Positions 9,586 to 19,561 of a stretch of 52,775 nt of DNA are shown here, in pieces (the first letter of the stretch is position 1; every line of letters starts with the position of its first letter). The DNA is taken from positions 1 to 52,775 of the forward strand of contig CAZHPN010000003.1 in assembly GCA_964534375.1 (NCBI GenBank). Direction: 5' to 3'. Made by a program: the position numbers and the translations under genes. This stretch comes from an uncultured bacterium. Lineage in GTDB: Bacteria > Lernaellota > Lernaellaia > Lernaellales > Lernaellaceae. The notes under the pieces are model-generated. The model had not been told where the DNA came from, ran no database searches, and saw nothing but the letters and a program-made list of their open reading frames with translations.

Positions 9586-12500
9586 TTGCGCGCATTGGCC
9601 GGCAAACGGCGCTACCTGCCGCTGGACGAGTTGGTCCGGCGGTTCGGCGAGGGTGCGCCCCGGCTGGCCGCGACGGGGCTGGCCGGCGCCAGTCCGGCCC
9701 TGCTGCTCGCCTCCCTGTTGGAAGATTACGACGGCCCGGTGCTGGCGCTGACGGCGGGCGTCAAACAAGCCAACGCGTTTCTCGAAGAACTCGCCTTTTT
9801 CCTGCGCGCCGCCGACGGCGCCGACTCGCGGCGTTTGCACCTGTATCCGGCCTATGACGTCGCGCCCTTCGAATCGATCAGCCCGCACGCGACGATCATG
9901 GGCCGGCGCGCCAAGTGCCTGGCGGAACTAGCCGGCAAACGGCGGCCGATCATCGTCGCGCCGGTCGAAGCCGCGATGAACCGCGTGGTGACACGCGAGG
10001 ATTTCAGCGCCGGCCGCCAAACCGTCAACGTGCCGGATCTGTTCGAGCGCGACGCCCTGGCGGCCGACCTGCTGGCGATCGGCTACCGCCTGGCGCCGAT
10101 CGTCGAAGAGGTCGGCGAGATCGCGGTGCGCGGCAGCATCCTCGACGTGTTCTCGCCGGGCCACGATCAGCCGGTACGCATCGAATTGTTCGGCGACGAG
10201 GTCGAGTCGGTGCGGCTGTTCGATCCGTCGACGCAAACCAGCCGCGCCCACCTGCGTACGGTCGATCTCTACTCCTGCAGCGACGTGCACCTCGACGCAA
10301 AAAACGCCGAACTCTTCGCGCTACGGCTCAAGGAACTCGCCGACGAACAGGATGTGCCCAAACCCCGCCGCGACCGCATGACCGACGAGGTCGCGCGCCG
10401 CATCGCCTTCCCCGGCATCGAATTTTTCACGCCGCTGCTGCACGAGCGGCTCGATCCGCTGCCGGCCCATTTCGGCGGCGAAGGCCTGGTGGTGCTGGTC
10501 GAACCGGTCGATGTCGAAAACGCCGTCGAAGCGTTCGCCGAGAAGGTCGCCTCGCGCTACGAACGGGCGCGCGAGGCCGGCAAGCTGTGCGTCAAGCCCG
10601 AGGCGCTCTATCTCGACGCCACGGCCTGGCGCGACGCGCTGGCGCCGTTGCGGCAGTTGACGATCGGCCGCGAAGCCGCGCTCGAAGACGTCGCGCCGCT
10701 CCGCTTCGAATCGTCCGACTGGCGCGAGTTGCGCGAGAAAATCCTCGCTCAGGCCCAGACCGACCACATGCTCCAACCGCTGCTCGAAGAAATCCGCCGG
10801 GGCATGAGCGGCGAGGGCCGCATCATCCTGGTCAGCCGCACGGCCGGCGGCGCGGATCGGCTTGAACGGCTGCTCGCCCCGCACGGCGCGCCGGTGGCGA
10901 TGCGGGCCGACCTCTCGTTCGACGCCGCGTTGTCCGGCGGTCAGGGGCTGGCGCAAACGCCGATTCTGCTGGGCGATCTGTCGGCCGGGTTCCGCCTGCC
11001 CGGTCTCGAATTGTCCGTGATCGCCGAGGAAGATGTCTTCGGCGAACGTCGGCGGACGGAAGCGTACGACAAACGCAAAGTCGAAATGCTCGGATCGTTC
11101 GCCGATCTGGCCGAAGGCGATTTCGTCGTCCACGCCAAGCACGGCGTGGGCATCTATCGCGGCCTGACGCACTTCACCTTCGGCCCGACGCCGGGCGAGT
11201 TTTTGCACCTCGAATACGCCGGCGGCGACAAGCTCTACGTGCCGGTCGATCGCCTGGGCGCCGTGCAGCGCTACGTCGGCGCCGGCTCCGTGCCGAAGAT
11301 CGACCGCCTCGGCAGTGGCGCGTGGCTCGTGGCGAAGCGCAAGGCGCGCGGGGCCGCGCGGCAAATTGCCAAGCAATTGCTGGCGATCTACGCGGCGCGC
11401 GCGGCCGAGCCGGGTTTCGCGTTCCCGCCGCCCGACGAGACGTTCCGCGAGTTCGAGGCGACGTTCCCGTACGAAGAGACGCCGGACCAGGCGCTGGCGA
11501 TCCGCGACGCGATCGCCGACATGGTCTCGGAGCGGCCGGCGGACCGGCTGATTTGCGGCGACGTCGGCTTCGGCAAAACGGAAGTCGCGCTGCGCGCCGC
11601 GTTCCTCGCCGTGCTCGCCGGCAAGCAGGCGGCGGTGCTGGCCCCGACGACGACGCTGGCGTTTCAGCACTTCAACACGTTCCGCGAGCGGCTCGGCCCG
11701 TTCGGCGCGACGACGGCGATGCTCAGCCGGTTCGCGACGGCGGCCGAGCGGCGGGCGACGATCAAGAAGCTGGCGGAGGGCGGGGTCGACGTGGCGGTCG
11801 GCACGCACATGCTGCTGGGCAAGGCGGTCCGGTGGAAAGACCTGGGGCTGCTGATCGTCGACGAAGAGCAGCATTTCGGCGTGGCGCAGAAAGAGAAGAT
11901 CAAGGCGCTGGCGAAGAACATCGACGTGTTCACGCTGACGGCGACGCCGATCCCGCGGACGCTGCACATGAGCCTGGCCGGCATCCGCGACATGTCGGTG
12001 ATCAACACGCCGCCGGAAGACCGCCTGGCGATCCGCACCTTCGTCACGCGGTGGGACGAAGACACCATCCGCGAAGCGCTCGAACGCGAGCTGAGCCGCG
12101 GCGGCCAGGCGTTTTTCATTCACAACCGCGTCAAGAGCATCCAGTCGGTCGCCGATCGCCTGCGCCGCCTCGTGCCGCACGCGCGCCTCGCCGTCGGCCA
12201 TGGGCAGATGGACGAAAAAACGCTCGAACAATTGATGATCGACTTCGCCGAAGACCGCTTCGACATCCTGCTGTGCACCACGATCGTCGAAAGCGGCCTG
12301 GATTTTCCGCGCGCGAACACCATCGTCATCGACCGCGCCGACGCGCTCGGCCTTTCGCAACTTTACCAACTGCGCGGCCGCGTCGGCCGTTCGAAACGCC
12401 GCGCCTACTGCTACCTGCTCGTGCCCGCGACCGGCACAATGACGCCCGAAGCCCGCAAGCGGCTGGCCGTGCTGCGCACTTTCACGGAACTTGGCAGCGG

Positions 12501-13104
12501 CTACAAGATCGCCGCGCGCGACCTGGAAATCCGCGGCGCCGGCAACCTGCTGGGTGCGGCGCAATCGGGGCACATCACGGCCGTCGGTTTCGATCTTTAT
12601 ACGAAGCTCTTGGAAGAAGAGGTCGCCCGGCTGCGCGGCGAAACGGTCGAAGAGACGATCGAGTGCGAGGTGGCCGTCCCGGTGCCGGCCTATTTGCCGG
12701 AAGACTACGTACGCGAAGTGCAAACGCGGCTGGCGCTCTACAAACGCATCGCCGACGCGAAGGACGACGCCGAACTGATGCGGCTGCGCGAAGAATTGAC
12801 CGACCGCTTCGGCCGGCCGGGCGAGCCGGTCGCGAACCTGCTGGCCGTCGTGTCGCTACGGCGAACGGCCGAGAAATTGCGGATTCGCAAGATCGAGGCC
12901 GGGCCCGACCGACTGGCCTTCGAGTTCGACGACTCGACGCCGGTGACGCCGGCGCGGCTGGTTCAACTGGTCACCGCCAATCCGCGCGTATTCTCGCTGT
13001 CGCCGGAGGGCAAGCTGTACCAGGCGACCCCGGGTTTGACGCCGGAGAAAATGCTGGAGGCCCTGGCCCGGGGCTTGCAACGGCTGGCCGACTATGCTAC
13101 CTAA
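9586..13104 (+). CDS. mfd: Transcription-repair coupling factor
   Basis: UvrB-like N-terminus, VHAKHGVG (RID domain), CGDVGFGKT, DEEQHFG, TATPIPRT, QLRGRVGR and TRCF C-terminal domain; GAGGAGG before TTG 9586. Confidence 0.97.
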   Translation: MRALAGKRRYLPLDELVRRFGEGAPRLAATGLAGASPALLLASLLEDYDGPVLALTAGVKQANAFLEELAFFLRAADGADSRRLHLYPAYDVAPFESISPHATIMGRRAKCLAELAGKRRPIIVAPVEAAMNRVVTREDFSAGRQTVNVPDLFERDALAADLLAIGYRLAPIVEEVGEIAVRGSILDVFSPGHDQPVRIELFGDEVESVRLFDPSTQTSRAHLRTVDLYSCSDVHLDAKNAELFALRLKELADEQDVPKPRRDRMTDEVARRIAFPGIEFFTPLLHERLDPLPAHFGGEGLVVLVEPVDVENAVEAFAEKVASRYERAREAGKLCVKPEALYLDATAWRDALAPLRQLTIGREAALEDVAPLRFESSDWRELREKILAQAQTDHMLQPLLEEIRRGMSGEGRIILVSRTAGGADRLERLLAPHGAPVAMRADLSFDAALSGGQGLAQTPILLGDLSAGFRLPGLELSVIAEEDVFGERRRTEAYDKRKVEMLGSFADLAEGDFVVHAKHGVGIYRGLTHFTFGPTPGEFLHLEYAGGDKLYVPVDRLGAVQRYVGAGSVPKIDRLGSGAWLVAKRKARGAARQIAKQLLAIYAARAAEPGFAFPPPDETFREFEATFPYEETPDQALAIRDAIADMVSERPADRLICGDVGFGKTEVALRAAFLAVLAGKQAAVLAPTTTLAFQHFNTFRERLGPFGATTAMLSRFATAAERRATIKKLAEGGVDVAVGTHMLLGKAVRWKDLGLLIVDEEQHFGVAQKEKIKALAKNIDVFTLTATPIPRTLHMSLAGIRDMSVINTPPEDRLAIRTFVTRWDEDTIREALERELSRGGQAFFIHNRVKSIQSVADRLRRLVPHARLAVGHGQMDEKTLEQLMIDFAEDRFDILLCTTIVESGLDFPRANTIVIDRADALGLSQLYQLRGRVGRSKRRAYCYLLVPATGTMTPEARKRLAVLRTFTELGSGYKIAARDLEIRGAGNLLGAAQSGHITAVGFDLYTKLLEEEVARLRGETVEETIECEVAVPVPAYLPEDYVREVQTRLALYKRIADAKDDAELMRLREELTDRFGRPGEPVANLLAVVSLRRTAEKLRIRKIEAGPDRLAFEFDDSTPVTPARLVQLVTANPRVFSLSPEGKLYQATPGLTPEKMLEALARGLQRLADYAT

Positions 13105-13185
13105 CCATCCTTCGCGAATAGGCGTTGATCATGACAAACAGGCGAAACTTCGCGAATTTATAAACGAAACTAGTAAGGAAGGGTG

Positions 13186-14334
13186 ATGACCATGCGGAAC
13201 AAGACCTTGTTAATCCTGTGCGTGGTCGCCGTAGCGGCTGCCGCCGTGTTGCTGGCGGCCTCGTGCGGCGGCGGCAAGAGCGCGGCTCCGGCCAAAACCG
13301 GCGGAGCCGTGGCGACCGTGGGCAATGCCACGATCTCGGTCGACGAATTCAACGACATGCTCAAACGCATCCCGCCGTTCAATCGCAAGCGCTATGCGAC
13401 GAAGGCCGGCAAGATGGAACTGCTCGACAAGCTCGTCGAAGAAGAGCTGTTCTATCAGGAAGCCCTGCGCAAGGGCCTTGAGAAGGACAAGGAATTCGAA
13501 AAGCGGATGGAGCAAATCCGCCGCGGCATTTTGGCCAGCATGGTGAAGAAAGACCTCTACGAGGCCGACATTCCCGTCACCGACGCGGAAATCAAAGAGT
13601 ACTACGACAAGAACCTCGATAAGTTCGAAAATCCGGAAACCGTGAAGCTGAAGCTGATCCTCATCAAGCCCAAAAACCTCACCGACGACAAGGAAAAGGC
13701 CGCCGCCAAAGTCCGGGCCGACCAGGCTTACAAGAAGCTGAAATCGGGCACGCCGTGGGAAAAGGTCTGCGACGAATACTCCGACGACGTCGCCTCGAAA
13801 AAGAAGGACGGCTCGTTGCCGGCCATGCGCAAAGGCCTGCGCGGCGAAGAATTTGACAACGTCGTCTTCAAGATGACCAAGAAGGGCGAGATCAGTGAGC
13901 CGTTCTGGGACAAGCGCGGCTGGAACATCGTGCAGTTCGAAGAGAAAGAAGCCGCCAAGGCCAAAGATTTCGAAGAAGTGAAGAAGACGATCGAGCGCCG
14001 TCTGAAGCAGGAAAAGCAAAAGGACAAGATGGACGCGACGATGAAGCAGCTTCGTGAAAAAGCGAACGTGAAGGTCAACGAAGACGTCCTCGACGCGATC
14101 CCGGTCGAAGCGGCCCCCGAGGGCGGTCAGCCCGGTCAGCCCGGCCTGCCCGAACTGGGCGGCGGCGGAGCCCCCGGCGCCCCCGGCGCCCCCGGCGCTG
14201 CTGGCCCCGGCGCCAACCCCTCGGACGCGCAACAGAAAGTCCTCCAGCAGTTGAAAATGCAACCGCCGCAACCGAACAATCCGCCGCCCGCTGCGCCGAA
14301 GCCGGCCCCGGCGGCCCCCGGAGCAACCAAATAG
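13186..14334 (+). CDS. PrsA/PpiC-type peptidyl-prolyl isomerase lipoprotein
   Basis: Lipobox LAASC, SurA-N-like helices, parvulin domain (YSDD..SKKKDGSL), Pro/Gly-rich tail. Start could be 13192. Confidence 0.88.
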   Translation: MTMRNKTLLILCVVAVAAAAVLLAASCGGGKSAAPAKTGGAVATVGNATISVDEFNDMLKRIPPFNRKRYATKAGKMELLDKLVEEELFYQEALRKGLEKDKEFEKRMEQIRRGILASMVKKDLYEADIPVTDAEIKEYYDKNLDKFENPETVKLKLILIKPKNLTDDKEKAAAKVRADQAYKKLKSGTPWEKVCDEYSDDVASKKKDGSLPAMRKGLRGEEFDNVVFKMTKKGEISEPFWDKRGWNIVQFEEKEAAKAKDFEEVKKTIERRLKQEKQKDKMDATMKQLREKANVKVNEDVLDAIPVEAAPEGGQPGQPGLPELGGGGAPGAPGAPGAAGPGANPSDAQQKVLQQLKMQPPQPNNPPPAAPKPAPAAPGATK

Positions 14335-14336
14335 TT

Positions 14337-15323
14337 TTGCGAGAACGCAACGCCAGGGGCGGCGCCGCCGAGCGGCGTCGCCCCTTTTTCTTGGCCGGCG
14401 TCGGGCTGGCGACGCTGGGCGCGCTGCTTTTGTGCGGGGCGTGCAAGACCGCGCCCAAATTGCCGCCGGGCGTGCTGGCGCAGGTGAACGGCGCCACGGT
14501 GACGGCGCAGGAATTCGCCGAGCAATTCGCCGCGGCGCAAAAAGGCGGCATCGAAGGGCCGCCGGTGGGCCGCGCCGAGGCGCTGGCCGTGCAAATGGCG
14601 TTTTTGGACGCGCTGATCGACCGCCTGTTGGTGCAACAGACCGCCGCGCGTCTGGGCGTGACCGTAGACGAAGCCGCGGTGGATGAGGAACTGCGCCGCC
14701 TGCAGGCCGGTTGGCCGGCGAAGGCGTTTCAGCGCGAAATGCAAACCCAGCAACAGAGCCTGCCGTGGCTGCGCGAGCAGCTTCGCCTGGCGCGCCTGGC
14801 CGACGAACTGGCGGCACGCGTCATCGAACCGCAAGTGCAGATTGCGGAGACCGAAATCGAGGAATACTTTCAAACGCATCCGGACCAGTTTCATCGTCCC
14901 GAACAGGCGCACCTGCGGCAGGTGATTTGCCGCGAGCGCAGCCAGGCGACCGCCGCGCTGACCGACCTGCTGACCGGCCGCGATTTCGCCGACGCCGCCC
15001 GGGCGTATTCCATGGCGCCGGAAGCCGATCGGGGCGGCGATCTGGGTTTCGTCGCGCGCGGCGAAATGCCGCCGGAAATCGAGGAAGCCGCGTTCCGCCT
15101 GCCGCTCGGTGAAATCAGCACGCTCATCGAGACGCCCTTCGGCCTGCACATCATTCAGGTGCTCGAACGCGCGCCGGCGACGACCTTGACCTTCACCCAG
15201 GCGCGTTCCACAATCGAACGAGCGCTCCGTAAGCAGCGGATCGACGAGGCTTGGCGGCGTTATCGGGAAGACCTGCGCCGCGCGGCGACGATCGTCGCCG
15301 ACCCGTCGCGTTTGCCGGGGTGA
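14337..15323 (+). CDS. PpiC-type peptidyl-prolyl isomerase
   Basis: FADAARAYS...GGDLGF and TPFGLHII parvulin motifs. Start uncertain. Confidence 0.88.
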   Translation: MRERNARGGAAERRRPFFLAGVGLATLGALLLCGACKTAPKLPPGVLAQVNGATVTAQEFAEQFAAAQKGGIEGPPVGRAEALAVQMAFLDALIDRLLVQQTAARLGVTVDEAAVDEELRRLQAGWPAKAFQREMQTQQQSLPWLREQLRLARLADELAARVIEPQVQIAETEIEEYFQTHPDQFHRPEQAHLRQVICRERSQATAALTDLLTGRDFADAARAYSMAPEADRGGDLGFVARGEMPPEIEEAAFRLPLGEISTLIETPFGLHIIQVLERAPATTLTFTQARSTIERALRKQRIDEAWRRYREDLRRAATIVADPSRLPG

Positions 15324-15336
15324 ACGAGGAGGGAGT

Positions 15337-16329
15337 GTGCCCAAGTTTTGTTTGATCTTGCTGGCGTTGTGCCTCGCGGCGACGGCAGCCCACGCCGGCG
15401 AGGTGCTCAATCGCGTCGCGGCGGTGGTGGACAATGAAGTGATCACGTTGCACGAGGTCGAGACAATGGCCGCCTCGACGGTCGCCGAAAACCTCCAGAA
15501 AAACCCGGAGATGAGCGACGCCGACAAGAAAAAAATGATCGCCGCGACCAAGCAGCAGATTCTTCAGGGGTTGATCGAGACCAAGCTCATCGAAAGCGAA
15601 GTGCGGCGCCTGGGCATCGAGGTCACCGATCAGGAGATCGACGCCTACGCGTTGCGGGTCAAGACGGCCAACAATTACACCGACGAAACCCTGAAGCTGG
15701 CGCTGTCGCGGCAGGGCCTGACGATGAACGATTTTCGCGAACGGATCAAAAAAGAAATCCTCCGCGAACAATACGTTTCCTTCCGCATGCGCGACAAATT
15801 GCGCACCCGCGACGAAGACATCCGGGCGTACTACGACCAGCATCCCGACGAGTTCGCGTCCGAGCAGGTCGTTCGCATCGCCGAGCTGCGCGTCAACGCC
15901 GCGCCCGACGTGACCGAAGAGCAGTTGAAATCAATCTACGCCGTCATCAACGGCCTGTATGAAAAACTGCTCGGCGGCGCCGACTTCGCCGAACTCGCGC
16001 GCGCGCACAGCCAGGGCTCGACCGCGGCCGACGGCGGCGTGCTCGGCGAATTCAAGATCGACTCCGAACTGCAGCCGACGTATCGCAAAGCCGTCGCGGC
16101 GCTCAAGCCGGGTGAGTTCTCGACGATCTACCGCGACCGCAACGGGTTCGTCATCCTGAAGCTGCTCGAAAAGAAAGCCGGCGGCGCGCTCGCCTTCGAC
16201 GAGGTCAAAGACAAGATCGCGATGGTGCTGCGCAAGCAACAGGCCGACACCGAGATGGACCGGCTGGGCGCCGAGTTGCGGAAGAAATCGTACGTCGACA
16301 TCCGCGTCAACTTCGCTAACGAGAAATGA
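15337..16329 (+). CDS. surA: SurA-like periplasmic chaperone/PPIase
   Basis: Signal peptide, NRVAAVVDNEVIT (SurA N-domain), FAELARAHS..GGVLG; GAGGAGG RBS. Confidence 0.82.
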   Translation: MPKFCLILLALCLAATAAHAGEVLNRVAAVVDNEVITLHEVETMAASTVAENLQKNPEMSDADKKKMIAATKQQILQGLIETKLIESEVRRLGIEVTDQEIDAYALRVKTANNYTDETLKLALSRQGLTMNDFRERIKKEILREQYVSFRMRDKLRTRDEDIRAYYDQHPDEFASEQVVRIAELRVNAAPDVTEEQLKSIYAVINGLYEKLLGGADFAELARAHSQGSTAADGGVLGEFKIDSELQPTYRKAVAALKPGEFSTIYRDRNGFVILKLLEKKAGGALAFDEVKDKIAMVLRKQQADTEMDRLGAELRKKSYVDIRVNFANEK

Positions 16330-16380
16330 CGCGGCCCGGCGCCGACCGTCGGGCGACGCCGGCGTTTCGCGAAGGAGCGC

Positions 16381-17106
16381 GTGTTGAAGTGGGTCCGAAG
16401 TTTCCTGCTGCATCCGTGGCTCAATCGCTTTAATCTCGCGTTCCTCACGCTGGGCCTCGTCGGCGTGATCGCCACGGGGCCCGATGTGCCCGTCGGCTGG
16501 GCGACGCTCGGCGTCGAAGCCGCGTACCTGGTCGTTCGCGGCGTACTCGACCGCAGCCGGTCGCGGCTGTTCCAAATCCGGCGGCTGCCGGCGCGCGAAC
16601 GCAATCGGTACTTCCGGCTTTGGGAAACCTGCCGGCGGGTCGAGGGCGATCTGGCGCAGAACAAGCATCAGGTCGGCGCGATGGCTGCCGACGCCGGCCA
16701 ACTGAAGCGCCTGCTGGTCACCTGCCTCGATTTGCTGCTCGCGGCGCAACGGATCGACCAATACGCCTTGTCCCGGTCCCATAATTTCGACGCGGCGATC
16801 GCCGACGCAACAGCCGGGCTCGAGCAGGCCACGGAGAAAGAAAAAGAAATCCTGGCCGGCAACGTCGAGGTGCTGCGCAAACGTCGCGAGGCGTTCCGCG
16901 ATCTGACCGAGCGGCGGCGGATGATCGACCACCGCCTGTCCACCCTGGAAAACGCGATCGAACTGCTCGGCGAAGTCGGCGTCGGCTTGAACCAGCCGGC
17001 GGAAGCGGCGGACCAGGTGAAGGTGATTCTCGCCAACGTCGAAGACGCCGAGTCGTTCATGTCCGAATTGAACCAGGTCATCCCGCCGATTCGCGTAAAG
17101 TCTTGA
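16381..17106 (+). CDS. Hypothetical membrane protein with helical/coiled-coil C-terminus
   Basis: GAAGGAG RBS; two N-terminal hydrophobic segments followed by an amphipathic helical region. Confidence 0.7.
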   Translation: MLKWVRSFLLHPWLNRFNLAFLTLGLVGVIATGPDVPVGWATLGVEAAYLVVRGVLDRSRSRLFQIRRLPARERNRYFRLWETCRRVEGDLAQNKHQVGAMAADAGQLKRLLVTCLDLLLAAQRIDQYALSRSHNFDAAIADATAGLEQATEKEKEILAGNVEVLRKRREAFRDLTERRRMIDHRLSTLENAIELLGEVGVGLNQPAEAADQVKVILANVEDAESFMSELNQVIPPIRVKS

Positions 17107-17108
17107 CT

Positions 17109-17570
17109 ATGTGGCTGATGCGGCTGTGGAAATGGCTGGAGCGCTGGCCGTGGGTCCAGCGGCTCGCCTTGCGGTTGCTGAATCCGCGTTTTCTGGTCGG
17201 CGTCGTCGGCCTGGCGTTCGACGACCGGGGCCGCGCGCTGCTCTTCCACCACACCTACCGCCGCCGTTTTTCCTGGTCGCTGCCCGGCGGCTGGCTCGGC
17301 CGAGGCGAGGACCCGGCCGAGGCGCTCGCGCGCGAATTCCGCGAAGAGGCAAATTTGCAAATTGAGGTCGGCGAACTGCTGCGGGCGTCGGCGCGGCCGG
17401 CGTATCCGCACATCGAATTGCTCTATCGCGTGCGCGTCGTCGATGGCGAATTCCGGCCCAGCCGTGAAGTAGACGCCATGGAGTTTTTCGATTGCGCCGC
17501 GCTGCCGGAACTGCCAGGCGACCAGCGGCAAGTCATTATTGCAGAATGCCGAATGCGGAATGCGGAATGA
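17109..17570 (+). CDS. Nudix hydrolase
   Basis: Nudix box GGWLGRGEDPAEALAREFREEANL. Confidence 0.9.
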   Translation: MWLMRLWKWLERWPWVQRLALRLLNPRFLVGVVGLAFDDRGRALLFHHTYRRRFSWSLPGGWLGRGEDPAEALAREFREEANLQIEVGELLRASARPAYPHIELLYRVRVVDGEFRPSREVDAMEFFDCAALPELPGDQRQVIIAECRMRNAE

Positions 17571-17627
17571 CGACCGCCGAATAAAGAATACCGAATCCCA
17601 ACTCCCGAGTCCCGAGTCCCGAGTCCC
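17544..17627. repeat. Two heptamer tandem arrays (GAATGCG and GAGTCCC types)
   Basis: Arrays at 17544-17570 and 17593-17627, between convergent genes. Confidence 0.85.
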
Positions 17628-17645
17628 GGGCCCAGCGATGCTGCC

Positions 17646-19409
17646 TCATTTGACGATCATCTGCTCGATGACATACGAGTCGCACGCCGCGGGACCGATC
17701 TCCATCACGAACACCCGGCCGGCGACCAGCAGCGTCAACGGCACGTCGATGGCGCCGCCGGCAAAATCGGCGACCGTTTTCTCGCCCAGCAGCGAGCCTT
17801 TCTGCTGGTCGATGCCGACGTGATAAAACGCGACGCGCGTCTCGCCCGGCCGGCCGCAGGTCAGCCGGACCGACACGGCGCGCGGCCGCAGCACGTTCCA
17901 GTAGAACAGCCGCAGCCCTTGCGTCGGACTGGCGCAGGCAAGGCCGGGGTTCGGGCCGCAATTCCGCCGCGCATATTTGTCTTTTTCCGCGGCGCGGCTG
18001 TTGAACAGGGCGAGCCAGTCTTCGCCGGTCAGGCCTTCCGAACGGCCGACCGACCACAGCGATTCCTCGAAACCGCGCGCCGGCTCCGTGTACGAAGCCA
18101 AAATGTTGTGGTCGTTTCGTCGATATTCGACGAGGTCGTCGACGCGCGTCGACAACAGCAAATAGGCGACCAGCGCCAGCGCCAGCGCCGCCGGCGGCGC
18201 CCACCACGGTCCCGTCAGATATTTTTTCGCCGCCACGCCGCAGGCGTAAAGCGGCACGACCAGCGACACCGCGAGCCACAGCGACAGGTGGTGCAACCCC
18301 GGCGCCGGGTCGCTCAGCACCACTTCCGGCATGGCGAAGAACCAGAGCCACGAGCCGGCATAGAGAAACGCCACGCGAATGAGATTCGCCCGATTCGCGG
18401 GTTCGTTCTTGCGGAAAGCCGCCGCGGCCAGGACGGCGAAGGTCACGAGCGCCGCGAAAAAGAAGTAGCCGCTGACGCCCGTCGCGTACGACAAGTAGTG
18501 CACGGTGTCTTTGAGATACGCGCCAAACGACGGGAACTTGTGAAAGGCCGCCGCGTAGCGGACGTGCGGACCGGTCGCGCTGGATTTCTGCAAGTACGAA
18601 GCCGCGAGGTCGTGGTAGGCGTCGACGAACGAGCGGTTGAGCAGCACGATTTGCAGGATGTGTACGGCGAAGCTGAGCGGCCCGGCGCAGGCGACGAGAA
18701 AATACGACTGCCGTTCGCGCCGGTTGCCGGAAAAGAGAAACCCCAAAATGATGAAGTAGGTCAGCAACTGATAAACGACCGTGCACTGGCCCTGCCAGAA
18801 CGCGCCGGCGAAGGCGAGCGCGAGACCCCAGTTGCGCTTCGTGCGCGCAAAGACGGCCAGGCCGAAAAGCAGCAGCGCCTGATGCGGCAATTGAAACGCG
18901 TATTCGTAAAGCCCGTGCGCCCGGATCCAAAAGAGCGGGTTCGCCAAAATCGCCCACACCATGAGCAGGCCGAAGATCCGGTCTTTCAAGAGCGTCATCG
19001 CGACGAAGAGCAGGGCGAGCGCGGCGACGTTCAGCAGAATCGAAAACCACCGCAGCCCGTGAACGGTGTCGACCCCCGCCACGTGCACGAGGCCGAAAAA
19101 GTCTTCGCTGAAGGGCGGGATATGCGTATAGCTCCAGTAACTCAGCGGCAGGTAATAATCGTCCGGCGAATCGTACGGCAGGAAAAACGAGGGCAGGAAA
19201 CCCATGTCCTTGAACGAACCGACGCTCGAGAGCGTGTGCCCCTCGTAGGAACAGTTCGGATACGGAAACGACGTGCGCGGCAGCGTGTTGCGCCAACCGA
19301 GCAGGATCGCCGCGCCGGCCAACGTCGCGCCCAGCAAGACGTACACCACGACGTTCTGCCAGGAAAACGCCCGGTCCGACGGAGGAGTTTTCGCTTCTTT
19401 TGTTTCCAT
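17646..19409 (-). CDS. Polytopic membrane protein, GT-C (ArnT/PMT)-like architecture
   Basis: TM1, then a loop (SYEG...YTHIPP), about 10 TM segments and a soluble C-terminal domain. The family call is inferred from topology. Confidence 0.55.
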   Translation of the reverse strand: METKEAKTPPSDRAFSWQNVVVYVLLGATLAGAAILLGWRNTLPRTSFPYPNCSYEGHTLSSVGSFKDMGFLPSFFLPYDSPDDYYLPLSYWSYTHIPPFSEDFFGLVHVAGVDTVHGLRWFSILLNVAALALLFVAMTLLKDRIFGLLMVWAILANPLFWIRAHGLYEYAFQLPHQALLLFGLAVFARTKRNWGLALAFAGAFWQGQCTVVYQLLTYFIILGFLFSGNRRERQSYFLVACAGPLSFAVHILQIVLLNRSFVDAYHDLAASYLQKSSATGPHVRYAAAFHKFPSFGAYLKDTVHYLSYATGVSGYFFFAALVTFAVLAAAAFRKNEPANRANLIRVAFLYAGSWLWFFAMPEVVLSDPAPGLHHLSLWLAVSLVVPLYACGVAAKKYLTGPWWAPPAALALALVAYLLLSTRVDDLVEYRRNDHNILASYTEPARGFEESLWSVGRSEGLTGEDWLALFNSRAAEKDKYARRNCGPNPGLACASPTQGLRLFYWNVLRPRAVSVRLTCGRPGETRVAFYHVGIDQQKGSLLGEKTVADFAGGAIDVPLTLLVAGRVFVMEIGPAACDSYVIEQMIVK

Positions 19410-19561
19410 TTCCCCGACTTGCCGCAACGTGGGAATGCGCGATCTTAGCAAGAAACGGCGGAATGACAAAGGAAAGAAACGCGGCGCGGCAAACCCCCGC
19501 GGGTTGCGGGCGGGCCGGTTATGCGGCTAAATGGTTCGAGTCGGCTCTAGGAAAGTTGCCT

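Noticed and set aside
10321..12723. Long antisense ORFs (also 28728-30914, 30933-32912, 46427-48391 and others)
   Set aside because: Shadow frames of real high-GC genes with no motifs of their own.
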